Positions 1 to 9,698 of a stretch of DNA of 64,000 bases are shown here, piece by piece. The position numbers and the translations under genes were made by a program. Under the pieces are notes generated by a model. It was not told the DNA's origin and ran no database searches. It worked only from the letters and a program-made list of their open reading frames with translations. The stretch is from assembly GCA_046759445.1 (NCBI GenBank), contig JBHICG010000003.1, forward strand, positions 32,001-96,000, written 5' to 3'. The stretch is from Candidatus Scalinduaceae bacterium. Lineage in GTDB: Bacteria > Planctomycetota > Brocadiia > Brocadiales > Scalinduaceae. Within the stretch, counting starts at the first letter, position 1. The number at the start of each line of letters is the position of its first letter.

Positions 1-1302
1 CTGACAGGATCACTTTCTAGGTCAACCAGTTTGTTAATGGAATCTTTGGGACCTGAAGTGCCAGTTGGAGAATTATGCAAATTGACAACAAAAACTTATA
101 ATAAATCTGTACTTGCAGAGGTAGTTGGTTTTAAAGACAAGAGAACATTATTAATGCCAATTGGGGATACAAATGGCATTAGTCCTAAAAGTGAGGTGAT
201 TGCTACCGGGCAACCACTAAATATAAAACTTGGCACTTCATTGACAGGCAGGATTCTTGATGGATTGGGTAATCCTATGGATAACAAAGGGCCATTTCAT
301 TACGATGAAATTAGACCGGTATATAGTCAGCCTCCTGCACCGCTTGAGCGGCGTCTAATTACTGAATATATTAGTACAGGTGTCAGGGCTATTGACGGCT
401 TACTTACGTGTGGAAAGGGCCAAAGGTTAGGAATATTTGCTGGTAGCGGAGTGGGAAAAAGTACACTTTTGGGAAAGATTGCCAGATCTTCCATGGCAGA
501 CGTAAATGTGATTGCCTTAATAGGTGAACGGGGAAGAGAGGTGCGTGAGTTTATTGAGCATAATTTGGGTGAGGAGGGGTTAAAGAAATCTGTAGTAGTT
601 GTGGTAACTTCTGATAAACCAGTAATAGTAAGATTAAAAGGGGGATTTGTTGCGACGACTATAGCTGAATTTTTTAGAGATTTAGGTATGGATGTGATGT
701 TGTTAGTGGATTCAATTACCAGGTTTGCGAATGCGCAACGAGAAATAGGTCTGGCTATAGGTGAACCTCCTACTACAAGAGGTTATACACCTTCTGTATT
801 CTCTTTGCTCCCAAAATTGCTGGAAAGGCCTGGCCCAACTTCAAAAGGAAGTATTACGGCAATGTATACTGTGCTGGTTGAAGGAGACGATTTTAATGAA
901 CCTGTCTCTGATACAGTCCGTGCCATATTGGATGGACATATTGTTCTTTCAAGAAAGATAGCTGCACAAAACCATTATCCAGCAATAGATGTCCTTAATA
1001 GTGTTAGTAGATGTATGATAGATATTGTATCGTCAGAGCATACGAAAACGGCTCAGAGGTTGAAGACAACGTATGCAATTTATAAGGATGCAGAGGACAT
1101 GATAAATGTGGGTGCTTATGCAGAGGGGAAGAATCGTAAGATTGATTATGCAATAAAAATGATTGATAAAATAACAGAATATCTTCAACAGGATATTCAT
1201 GAGCAAAGTAATTTTAAAGAGGATATTGATAGATTGAAGGATTTGATGACAGATATTGATGAAGAAGGCGTAAGAAAAAAAGCCGCAGCAATGAGATCTT
1301 AG
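1..1302 (+). CDS. fliI: Flagellar export ATPase (5' end probably upstream of the window)
   Basis: Walker A GSGVGKST, IGERGREV and DSITRFA motifs. Frame is open from base 1. Confidence 0.97.
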   Translation: MTGSLSRSTSLLMESLGPEVPVGELCKLTTKTYNKSVLAEVVGFKDKRTLLMPIGDTNGISPKSEVIATGQPLNIKLGTSLTGRILDGLGNPMDNKGPFHYDEIRPVYSQPPAPLERRLITEYISTGVRAIDGLLTCGKGQRLGIFAGSGVGKSTLLGKIARSSMADVNVIALIGERGREVREFIEHNLGEEGLKKSVVVVVTSDKPVIVRLKGGFVATTIAEFFRDLGMDVMLLVDSITRFANAQREIGLAIGEPPTTRGYTPSVFSLLPKLLERPGPTSKGSITAMYTVLVEGDDFNEPVSDTVRAILDGHIVLSRKIAAQNHYPAIDVLNSVSRCMIDIVSSEHTKTAQRLKTTYAIYKDAEDMINVGAYAEGKNRKIDYAIKMIDKITEYLQQDIHEQSNFKEDIDRLKDLMTDIDEEGVRKKAAAMRS

Positions 1303-1335
1303 GCATTTGTTTGTTTTTATGGTTAATAAGAGAAA

Positions 1336-1800
1336 ATGCAAAAATATCATTTCAAATTGCAACCATTGCTTGATAAGGAGTTAATTTATGAGGATAAATG
1401 TGTACGAAGCATGAAAAAACTTCAAGATGAATTTCTGGATACTAAAGACAAATTAGAAAAACTTGTGAAGCATGTAATTAAATACCAAAAAGAGCTAAAG
1501 ATTAAGAAGGAGCATCAAATAAGTCCCTCAGAATTAAAGTTATATGAAGACTATTTTTTAAGACTTGATAAAGAAACTATTAACCGAAAATATACGTTGA
1601 AAGAAAACAAAAAAAAACTAGAAACTGCTCAAACGAAATTATTAAAGATTGTTAAAAGGAGAAAGGCCTTAGAAAAGCTTAAGGAGAGAGGAATGGAAGA
1701 GCACAGAAACAACCTGGCTTTATTGCTGAATAAGGAAATGGATGACATAGCAATGTTGAAATTCATTAATAGCAGGGGCGTAAACGCCATATATCATTGA
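1336..1800 (+). CDS. fliJ: Flagellar export protein FliJ
   Basis: KYHFKLQPLL N-terminus, coiled coil, KEMDD C-terminus, directly after fliI. Confidence 0.9.
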   Translation: MQKYHFKLQPLLDKELIYEDKCVRSMKKLQDEFLDTKDKLEKLVKHVIKYQKELKIKKEHQISPSELKLYEDYFLRLDKETINRKYTLKENKKKLETAQTKLLKIVKRRKALEKLKERGMEEHRNNLALLLNKEMDDIAMLKFINSRGVNAIYH

Positions 1801-1913
1801 GTATTAAGTTTAATAAGGTTGAAAGTTGAAAATGTATTTTACTTTTGAGTTTCACAAATATGGCTGTAACTCTTTTACATTAATTTTGTGTTAAGTAGAT
1901 ATATATAAGGTAA

Positions 1914-2825
1914 TTGATTATGTCTTATTTTAAAAAGTTTTTATCTTACATAATTTTCTTCTTTATCACATTTTCTTTATCTTTTTTTGTGATGATGTTT
2001 TTAAAAGAAAGAATTACTAGTGAACTAAGAGGAAAATATGCTAAGCAATTAGAAAAAAATAATGAGAAAACCATAGAGCAATCTGAGTCAAAGGAGTTCT
2101 TGAGGATGTTCAGGCAATTGTCTTCTGAGGAGATTAATGAATTTCTCTCAGAACTTAAGCAAAGGATAGATTTATATGAGAATAAGACCGGATTGCTTAG
2201 TAAAAAGGAAAAGGAGATAGATTCATTCAAATCAGATTTAGAAAATCAGAAAAAAGAACTCGTTTCTATAAGAGAGAAGTTGTCCAAATCATTGTTATTA
2301 ATAAGTAAGGAAAGGATCGCCCTTGATAATGACCTTATTTTGTTTGATAAAAATGAAAGAAAAACCCTGAAACGTATAGCTGATATTTATGCATCTATGG
2401 AGGCGCCTAAATCGGCAGTGGTTTTGAGTCAGCTAAATACTAAGACAGGCGCCAAGATCTTGTCCAGTATGCCTTCAAAAAAGTCTGCTATAGTTCTAGC
2501 GGAAATTAATCCTACAGGAGCAGCAAAGCTTATTGAACAAATGAAAAAGTTGGAAATATTAAATCAAACTGCAGGAGAATCACTTAAGCAAAGGAACCTT
2601 AAGAAACTTGCCTTAATCTATCAGGTAATGGAAGTGGACAAAGCCGTAACTATCATAGATAAGCTGGATGAGGAAACTAAAGTTAATATCCTATCATATA
2701 TGAATGAAAAAAAATTAGCTAAGATATTAGAGTTTATGAAAGCAGAAGAGGCATCAAAATTAACTGAAAAGATTAGAAGCAAGATTAAGGAAAGAGAAAT
2801 GTCCAAAAACCAGAAAAATGCATAG
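1914..2825 (+). CDS. MotE/FlbB/YlxF-like flagellar protein with N-terminal TM, coiled coil and two MgtE_N-like repeats (ATG at 1920 likely)
   Basis: Two copies of a K.A.IY..M...A..I...L motif. Position after fliJ. Confidence 0.7.
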   Translation: MIMSYFKKFLSYIIFFFITFSLSFFVMMFLKERITSELRGKYAKQLEKNNEKTIEQSESKEFLRMFRQLSSEEINEFLSELKQRIDLYENKTGLLSKKEKEIDSFKSDLENQKKELVSIREKLSKSLLLISKERIALDNDLILFDKNERKTLKRIADIYASMEAPKSAVVLSQLNTKTGAKILSSMPSKKSAIVLAEINPTGAAKLIEQMKKLEILNQTAGESLKQRNLKKLALIYQVMEVDKAVTIIDKLDEETKVNILSYMNEKKLAKILEFMKAEEASKLTEKIRSKIKEREMSKNQKNA

Positions 2826-2900
2826 ATTGCATTCCTAAAGTTACCGAATATTAATAAATTTAAAACTCAATTTGGGTCAAGGATTTTCAAAAAGATAACG

Positions 2901-3047
2901 GGGGTATGCACTTGACTGACCCAATTAAATCGTAAGCACTTGAAAAATAATTAGTTAAGGTGTTTTAGGCCGATTGTCAAATTATTACCATTAAGTTATG
3001 CATGATCAATATCTTATGGAAATTTTAGGTCAGCCAAGTGAATCCCC
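2901..3047. mobile_element. MITE-like element with imperfect terminal inverted repeats
   Basis: GGGGTATGCACTTGACTGACCC (2901) versus AGGTCAGCCAAGTGAATCCCC (ends 3047). Confidence 0.5.
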
Positions 3048-3080
3048 TTAAAGATAAATTAACAAGTAGGAGTAAATAGT

Positions 3081-3887
3081 ATGGATGTTGCAACACCTGC
3101 AGGAATGTTAATTGGTTTTGTTTTGCTAATAATGGGTATTATTTTGGGTGGAGGAGTATCCGGTATATCCGCATTTATAAATATTCCTTCATTACTTATT
3201 GTTGTTGGTGGGACTATTGCTGCTACGCTTGTCAGGTATCCTTTAGAAAAGGTTATAGGATTGATGGGTATTGTTATGAAAACTATATTCTTTAAATTGT
3301 CTACACCTCAAGCTGAGATGCAGAGGTTAGTGGGATACGCCAAGCTTGCGCGAAGAGAAGGACTGTTGGCTTTAGAGAACAAAATTTCTGATACCAAGGA
3401 TGCCTTTCTTGCAAAAGCTATTCAGTTATTGGTTGATGGGACCGATGCTGATGGACTTCGTTCAATACTCGAAAAAGAAGTTGATAATATAAGTCAGAGA
3501 CATTCTATAGGGAAAGGCATTTTAGAGTCAATGGGGGCAGTGTTACCGGCATTTGGAATGATGGGTACGTTGATAGGATTGGTTTTAATGCTTCAGGAAC
3601 TAGAAGATCCTTCGAAAATAGGAGTAGGTATGGCCACGGCACTTATAACTACATTTTATGGTGTTTTGTTGGCAAATTTAGTATGTCTGCCAATGGGCGG
3701 AAAACTTGATCTAAGGTCAAAAGAGGAAAGACTGCTGAAAGAGTTAATAGTTGAAGGAGTTGTGGCAATACAATCTGGAGATAATCCAAATATTGTTGAA
3801 GAAAAACTAAAGGGTTTCCTTGCTCCAGCTCAAAGAAGAGAAAAGAAATTAGAGGATGTAAAAGAAAAGATAAGGGAAAAGCAATAA
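3081..3887 (+). CDS. motA: Stator A subunit (MotA/PomA)
   Basis: ARREGLLALE, PAFGMMGTLIGL, ALITTFYG and GDNP motifs. Confidence 0.96.
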   Translation: MDVATPAGMLIGFVLLIMGIILGGGVSGISAFINIPSLLIVVGGTIAATLVRYPLEKVIGLMGIVMKTIFFKLSTPQAEMQRLVGYAKLARREGLLALENKISDTKDAFLAKAIQLLVDGTDADGLRSILEKEVDNISQRHSIGKGILESMGAVLPAFGMMGTLIGLVLMLQELEDPSKIGVGMATALITTFYGVLLANLVCLPMGGKLDLRSKEERLLKELIVEGVVAIQSGDNPNIVEEKLKGFLAPAQRREKKLEDVKEKIREKQ

Positions 3888-3890
3888 AAT

Positions 3891-4604
3891 ATGGAAGAAG
3901 AAAGCAAGGGTGACCCTAACGCATGGGTGGTGGCATTTGGAGATTTAATTACTTTATTGATGACATTCTTTGTATTAATAATTTCTATGAGCACAATTAA
4001 AATGGATAAGATTGTAGAGGTAATAAATAACAATGAGGGTTTTGGCGATAGTATTTTTCGTGCCGACCTTAAGGAAACAGGTGTATTTAATGAGAAAATT
4101 ATGAGTAAAATGAATTTCTTGGTTGACAAAGGCGAGCTTCCTGCACCCGTAAATAACTTAGACTTGGTAAATGAGGCAATGATTGTCTTTATAAGTGAAA
4201 ATGAGTTGGTAAGGGTAATAGATCTAGAAATGACTAAAAAAGGGTTCATAATTAGAATAAGAGCTGATATTCTTTTTGAACCAGGGCTGGCAAGGTTAAA
4301 AGAAGAATATTTATTTTTATTGGATAAGATAGCTGAATTGTTAAGTATGGTGACAAACGATGTTAGAATCGACGGACATACTGATGATCGTTATTCTGAT
4401 GATGATTACGCTAACCATAAACTTTCCATTGAAAGGGCTACAAGTGTTTGCAGTTATTTTATTGAGGAAGGAATGCTCTCTCCTTCCCGCTTTGGAGTTG
4501 CAGGATATGGCGGAAACAAGCCTTACCTGCCCAATATTAGTGAAGAGAATCGAGCTAAAAACAGGAGAGTGGAAATAATAATAAAGGAAAAGGCTGAAAG
4601 ATGA
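3891..4604 (+). CDS. motB: Stator B subunit (MotB/PomB/MotS type)
   Basis: WVVAFGDLITLLMTFFVL TM with conserved Asp. OmpA-like GHTD...LS..RA...NRRVEI. Confidence 0.93.
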   Translation: MEEESKGDPNAWVVAFGDLITLLMTFFVLIISMSTIKMDKIVEVINNNEGFGDSIFRADLKETGVFNEKIMSKMNFLVDKGELPAPVNNLDLVNEAMIVFISENELVRVIDLEMTKKGFIIRIRADILFEPGLARLKEEYLFLLDKIAELLSMVTNDVRIDGHTDDRYSDDDYANHKLSIERATSVCSYFIEEGMLSPSRFGVAGYGGNKPYLPNISEENRAKNRRVEIIIKEKAER

Positions 4605-5377
4605 GCGAGGATAAAAATACAAATGTAATTGATACACGAGCAAATACCGTAATTGGGAAGACAACATCGGTTCTTAGCAAATTGTTGAAGAAAAAGAAGA
4701 CTGATAATAAACCTCCAACCACGGATATGTTATCTTTTGCGTCAATCATGACAATCCTTTTAGCGTTTTTTATTATGTTATCTACATATGCTGGCAGGCC
4801 CAAAGATGAGCTTGCAAAAGAAGCAGTAGAATCTTTTAAAGGGGCGCTAAAGAATTTTGGACTAAGTAGGATCATAGACGGCAGTAGTGATTCCATAATG
4901 AATCTTCAACTTACATTAAGAAACTTTGGTATAAAATCCAAAAATGAGCAGTCGGAAACATTTGCGAATTTGATAGATAAGGAAATTGAAGTTGAGTACG
5001 AACGTAATGGGCGTCAATTAATCTTTCCCACGAATATTGATTTCGTAAAAGGAGGATTGGAACTTTCTCCTTCAAGCAAGGCTTATCTCAACAACTTAAC
5101 GACAATTATTAAAGATAGAGATTGCGAGGTTGCTGTATTTAGTTATTCGGACAAGGGCTTTGTTTCAACGGAAGATTATCCTACAAGCTGGCAATATTCA
5201 GCTGAACGCGCTGCTGTGGTTACAAGTTATCTTAATAAAACAGGGGGTATTGATTATAAAAGAATGACTGCTGTAGGGTATGGGAAATACCAGCCATTAT
5301 TAGGAGAAGAATCATCTTTTAATGCTGAAGCAAACAATAGGATAAATATAATAGTATCTTATAAAGAAGGATATTGA
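4601..5377 (+). CDS. motB: Second MotB-like protein lacking the conserved TM Asp
   Basis: LSFASIMTILLAFFIML TM. C-terminal OmpA-like SWQYSAERA...GYG...NNRINI. Confidence 0.8.
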   Translation: MSEDKNTNVIDTRANTVIGKTTSVLSKLLKKKKTDNKPPTTDMLSFASIMTILLAFFIMLSTYAGRPKDELAKEAVESFKGALKNFGLSRIIDGSSDSIMNLQLTLRNFGIKSKNEQSETFANLIDKEIEVEYERNGRQLIFPTNIDFVKGGLELSPSSKAYLNNLTTIIKDRDCEVAVFSYSDKGFVSTEDYPTSWQYSAERAAVVTSYLNKTGGIDYKRMTAVGYGKYQPLLGEESSFNAEANNRINIIVSYKEGY

Positions 5378-5411
5378 ATCGTAGTATTGAAATTGAAACT
5401 AAAGGAGACAT

Positions 5412-6119
5412 ATCATTTTTAAGAAAAAGAAAAAAGAAACAAAAGCTGACCAAGACGTTAAACAGGAAGTTGATGTAGTTGCAACTGAAAAAGTTGAGAA
5501 CACTAAAACTGATAAAAAAAGTGTTGTTAATATTAACCTGAAGACTACATTAATTATGTCTGTAATTGCCATAATCTCTATAGTATGCTCTTTTGTATTT
5601 GTAACAAAGTTATCTACACCTTTTGGGGAATATGACTTTGAAACGCAAGACGTAGGTAGCGCATATACTACCGAAGAGACTATTGGTGTACAAGGGGAAG
5701 ATACAAAAATTGAATCAAAAAAGAAGAAGAAAAGTGCTAAAGAAACAGAGAGCAAAAGCGCTGAAAAGAGCGGCGTTAAAAATAATAATGAAGAGATAAA
5801 GAATGCACAGGATAAATTTATTATTATGCCGATGGAAAAAATCGTTGTTAATCTTGGAGGTGTAGATGGCAGGAGATATCTAAGGGTTCAGATCAATATG
5901 GAGATAAAAAACGAGGAGTCGCAAAATATCGTAAATAAAAATATGGTGATATTAAGGGATAAAATGATTTCTTTTCTTACGATAAAGACTACAAATGAGA
6001 TAGAAATGGGAGGTGATCTGTTTAAATTGCGGTTAGAAATAAAAAACATTCTAAATAAACTTTTAGGATCTAATGACATTATTAAACAAATATACTTTTC
6101 TGACTTTATTGTACAATAA
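5412..6119 (+). CDS. fliL: Flagellar basal body protein FliL (frame open from 5403; first ATG at 5556)
   Basis: IVVNL...RYLRV...LRD...IYFSDFIVQ signature. Precedes fliM. Start discussed in findings. Confidence 0.88.
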   Translation: MIFKKKKKETKADQDVKQEVDVVATEKVENTKTDKKSVVNINLKTTLIMSVIAIISIVCSFVFVTKLSTPFGEYDFETQDVGSAYTTEETIGVQGEDTKIESKKKKKSAKETESKSAEKSGVKNNNEEIKNAQDKFIIMPMEKIVVNLGGVDGRRYLRVQINMEIKNEESQNIVNKNMVILRDKMISFLTIKTTNEIEMGGDLFKLRLEIKNILNKLLGSNDIIKQIYFSDFIVQ

Positions 6120-6121
6120 CT

Positions 6122-7108
6122 ATGGCAGACATAAACAACACAATTCTTAGTAGTGAAGAAGTAGAGAGCTTATTGGAATCCTTTCATGAAGGTCAACTTC
6201 CTATTGAACAGACGGAAGTAGTTGATGAAGGAGGAATGATTAAGTATTATGACTTCAGGCGTCCTAACACAATATCTAGGGAAAAGAAGCGCATGCTGTA
6301 TAAGTTATATGAAGGTACTGCTTATCATATGGGCAGAGGAGTATCTAATTATTTGAGGTCAACCGTGAAGGTTAGCCTGGATTCTATAGATGAATTAAGT
6401 TTTGAAATCTTTAAGAATACGTGTCCAGAACTTCTTTTTGTAAATACTATCAGGCTAAGACCACTGCAGGGCTTAGGATGTATTACAATGGATTTAGGTT
6501 TGTGTCTGTCTTTTGTAGAGAAGGCTTTTGGAGCTTCAGGAAGATCTGAAAATGCAATAAGAAAACTGACTGATATAGAGATAAAGATTCTCGGTAATAT
6601 AATATCGATTATGTTGGAAAAATTTAAAAGTGCATGGGAACCGTTTATGTCTATGGACTGGAGAAGTTTTGAGAACATAACGGAAACAAGGTATCTTAAC
6701 ATTGCTTCAGAAACGGAAGTTGTATTATTGGTCTCGTTTACGGTAAGTTTGGATTACAGTTTTGGTGAAATGAAGCTTTGCGTGCCTGTTTCTAGTATGT
6801 CTTCTGTCCTGGAACGAATGAGTGATAGTGAACGGCCTGATGATTCGAAGGGACGTAATAAGGCAAACGCTGAGATTCTTGGTAAATTAGTAAAGGAATT
6901 AAAACTTGTCATGGCTGGAATATTGGATGAGACTAATATTGCTGTAGATGATTTAATAAATCTCAAAGAGGGTGACGTAATTAAGCTGGATAGTAAAATT
7001 TCAGATGATATAAAGATTGCTGTAGAGGGCAAAAATAAATTTTATGGTAAATTAGGGCTTTTAGGGAAAAAAAAGGCCACGCAAATCTCTACATTAATAA
7101 ATAAGTAA
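6122..7108 (+). CDS. fliM: Motor switch protein FliM
   Basis: ILSSEEVESLL CheY-binding peptide, YDFRRP, SpoA-type C-terminus. Confidence 0.96.
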   Translation: MADINNTILSSEEVESLLESFHEGQLPIEQTEVVDEGGMIKYYDFRRPNTISREKKRMLYKLYEGTAYHMGRGVSNYLRSTVKVSLDSIDELSFEIFKNTCPELLFVNTIRLRPLQGLGCITMDLGLCLSFVEKAFGASGRSENAIRKLTDIEIKILGNIISIMLEKFKSAWEPFMSMDWRSFENITETRYLNIASETEVVLLVSFTVSLDYSFGEMKLCVPVSSMSSVLERMSDSERPDDSKGRNKANAEILGKLVKELKLVMAGILDETNIAVDDLINLKEGDVIKLDSKISDDIKIAVEGKNKFYGKLGLLGKKKATQISTLINK

Positions 7109-7190
7109 ATAATAAATCGCATTGACGGGAATATTGTAGTTTATGTTTTGTTAGTTTATAAAACTTTATTTTCTACAAGGGGGATTATAT

Positions 7191-7574
7191 ATGGAAGAAA
7201 AAACAAATGAAGATCAGGCGGTATCTACTCAGGATGTAAGTGATAAAGATACTATAAAATCTGTTAAATTAACTCCTCTAAATCCAGCACAGACTCAATC
7301 TGACAAAAAAAATGTAAATAATATGGATTTATTAATGGATATTCAAATTCCTATACTTGTAGAACTTGGAAAGACTGAGATGTTATTACAGGACGTACTG
7401 GCATTGACTCAAGGATCAATAGTTGAGCTGGATAGTTTAGCAGGAGAACCAGTTAAGATAACAATTCGCGGTAAAACAATTGCATATGGTGAGGTTGTTG
7501 TTGTTGACGAAAATTTTGGTGTAAAAATAATAAAGATCGCAAAACCTCAGGACAGAATTAAAAGCATGGGTTAA
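7191..7574 (+). CDS. fliN: Motor switch protein FliN
   Basis: LLMDI...VELG...GSIVELD...GEVVVVDENFGVKI. Confidence 0.96.
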   Translation: MEEKTNEDQAVSTQDVSDKDTIKSVKLTPLNPAQTQSDKKNVNNMDLLMDIQIPILVELGKTEMLLQDVLALTQGSIVELDSLAGEPVKITIRGKTIAYGEVVVVDENFGVKIIKIAKPQDRIKSMG

Positions 7575-8124
7575 AGTACTATTGAGTATGCAGTCAAGCT
7601 CTTTATACATAAACATATACTAGGTTTACAACTAAAATATTTATTACTCCTCTGTCATTTTAACATGGAGGTGGACAAGGAGTATACTAACGAATTGCAT
7701 TGAAGACCGTTCAAAATATTGCATGCCATTATCCAACGTAGAAAGGGGTGAATGCATTACGTTGGTTTGAAAAAATGTTTTTTTCCAACCATATTTTTTA
7801 CTGCATCTTGCTCGTGTTGTAATATGAGCAGGTTTCATTTCTACATATAAAATCACATAACAGAGAGACAAAATTGTTTGTTGCATTTGATTCGTCGTTT
7901 TATCCCTGCAAGTGCTCCATTTCATGTAACTTCTTTCTATAGATGGTTGTTTGTTTAAGAAAACCACGATTAGTTTAAAAAGACCACGATACCTCTTGTT
8001 CTAATAATCCACCAGTAGTGATTCAGGTTATACAATTAATATTTTTAAGATCTAAAAACGTGTAAGTCGTGAAATTATAATGAGATAGAGCAGTGATGTA
8101 TATTGAAAATTTAAGCAAACAATG

Positions 8125-8140
8125 TGGTATATGATTTGCT
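8125..8140 (+). promoter_or_regulatory. Sigma54 -24/-12 promoter for fliOPQR-flhBAF
   Basis: TGGTATATGATTTGCT, GG-N10-GC spacing. Confidence 0.7.
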
Positions 8141-8163
8141 AATTTCCACTTTGAGGGTTTTCT

Positions 8164-8652
8164 ATGAAGAAAAATTGTCATAAAACTGCTTTGGTAACAA
8201 TACTTATTTTACTGTGTGTTTTATTGTCATCTATAGAGGCATATAGTGAAAGCCTTGTGGGGGGGGGAGAGTGGATTGTAAATGGTTCTACCAAGAAGTC
8301 TAATCCAAACGTATTTCAGGATTATATAAGGATAGCAAGCACACTGCTTATGATCATACCCCTAATAATCATTACAGTATACGTTCTCAAGAGAAAATAC
8401 GGAATAAAAACAGGTATCGGTATAGGTAAGAAACACATACAGATAATCGATCATACACCATTGGGAGTAAAGAAGTCAATGTTTTTGGTTAAGGTACCAG
8501 GAAGGCATTTATTGATTGGTGTAACTAATGACAAAATAGAATTGATAACCGAGGTTTCAAACGAAGATGTGGTTGATACTGGTGAGAATGTTAATAAAAA
8601 CGAATTTTTAAGTTTAATTAAAAAATCCTATTTAGGAAAGAAACAAAGATGA
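8164..8652 (+). CDS. fliO: Flagellar biosynthesis protein FliO/FliZ
   Basis: TM plus IQIID..PLG.KK..FLVKV....LIGVT. Overlaps the fliP start. Confidence 0.85.
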   Translation: MKKNCHKTALVTILILLCVLLSSIEAYSESLVGGGEWIVNGSTKKSNPNVFQDYIRIASTLLMIIPLIIITVYVLKRKYGIKTGIGIGKKHIQIIDHTPLGVKKSMFLVKVPGRHLLIGVTNDKIELITEVSNEDVVDTGENVNKNEFLSLIKKSYLGKKQR

Positions 8653-9416
8653 GATACTTATCCAGGACATTGATAGTGTTGGTGTACTGTAGTATTGTTT
8701 TACTCTTCGTGCAAACAATACAGGCAGAAGAAACAGTTGATAGTCAAACAAAGATGGCAATAAACCTGGGAGACCTTGGTGATCCAAAGGAGTTTGCGAA
8801 TGTTATAAAGATACTACTGATAATGACCTCTTTAACTGTCTTGCCCGGTTTATTATTGGTTATGACTTCATTTACGAGAATTATTATAGTTCTGTCATTT
8901 GCAAGAAAGGCATTGTCGTTTCAACAAATGCCATCCAATCAGATTTTAATTGGGATTGCTCTCTTAATAACTTTTTTTGTGATGTTTCCCATATTTAATC
9001 AGATTAACGAGAATGCCATACAGCCATATATGAATGAAGATATTACCCAAAAAGAGGCTTTTAATAAAGGCATAGATCCATTAAAAAGCTTTATGGCCAA
9101 ACAAACAAGAGAAAAAGATATAGCATTATTTTACAACATTGCAAAAATGGGAAAACCTGATTCCCTTAATGATGTTCCCATTCACATTTTGATGCCAGCT
9201 TTTGTTTTGAGTGAATTAAAGACGGCCTTTCAAATGGGTTTTGTAATTTATCTGCCTTTTATAGTAATAGATCTGGTTGTTGCTAGTGTTCTAACTTCTA
9301 TGGGCATGTTCATGCTCCCACCAATGATGATCTCCATACCCTTTAAGGTTGTTTTATTTGTATTGGTTGATGGTTGGCATCTAGTTATTCAATCATTGGT
9401 TTCAAGTATTAGGTAG
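8649..9416 (+). CDS. fliP: Export gate protein FliP
   Basis: MTSFTRIIIVL, PAFVLSELKTAFQMGF, LFVLVDGW. Confidence 0.97.
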   Translation: MRYLSRTLIVLVYCSIVLLFVQTIQAEETVDSQTKMAINLGDLGDPKEFANVIKILLIMTSLTVLPGLLLVMTSFTRIIIVLSFARKALSFQQMPSNQILIGIALLITFFVMFPIFNQINENAIQPYMNEDITQKEAFNKGIDPLKSFMAKQTREKDIALFYNIAKMGKPDSLNDVPIHILMPAFVLSELKTAFQMGFVIYLPFIVIDLVVASVLTSMGMFMLPPMMISIPFKVVLFVLVDGWHLVIQSLVSSIR

Positions 9417-9422
9417 GAGATT

Positions 9423-9692
9423 ATGGGACAAGATATTGTAGTTTTTCTTGGCAAGGAAACGTTATGGATTACGATTATGCTCATTGGGCCACTTATCGGA
9501 ACAGCTTTGGTAGTTGGACTTTTAATAGGAATCTTTCAGGCGGCGACAAGTATTCAAGAACAAACACTTACATTTCTGCCAAAATTATTGGCAGTATTAG
9601 GAGTATTTATTCTTGCTATGCCCTGGTTGTTACAAAGATTAATGACATTTACTTCAATGCTATTGGGGAATCTTTCTAAATATTCTTTCTGA
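9423..9692 (+). CDS. fliQ: Export gate protein FliQ
   Basis: GIFQAATSIQEQTLTFLPK. Confidence 0.97.
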   Translation: MGQDIVVFLGKETLWITIMLIGPLIGTALVVGLLIGIFQAATSIQEQTLTFLPKLLAVLGVFILAMPWLLQRLMTFTSMLLGNLSKYSF

Positions 9693-9698
9693 ATAAAA

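Noticed and set aside
7644..7967. 107-aa minus-strand ORF in the fliN-fliO gap
   Set aside because: No recognisable motif or SD, and it opposes the operon. Probably spurious.
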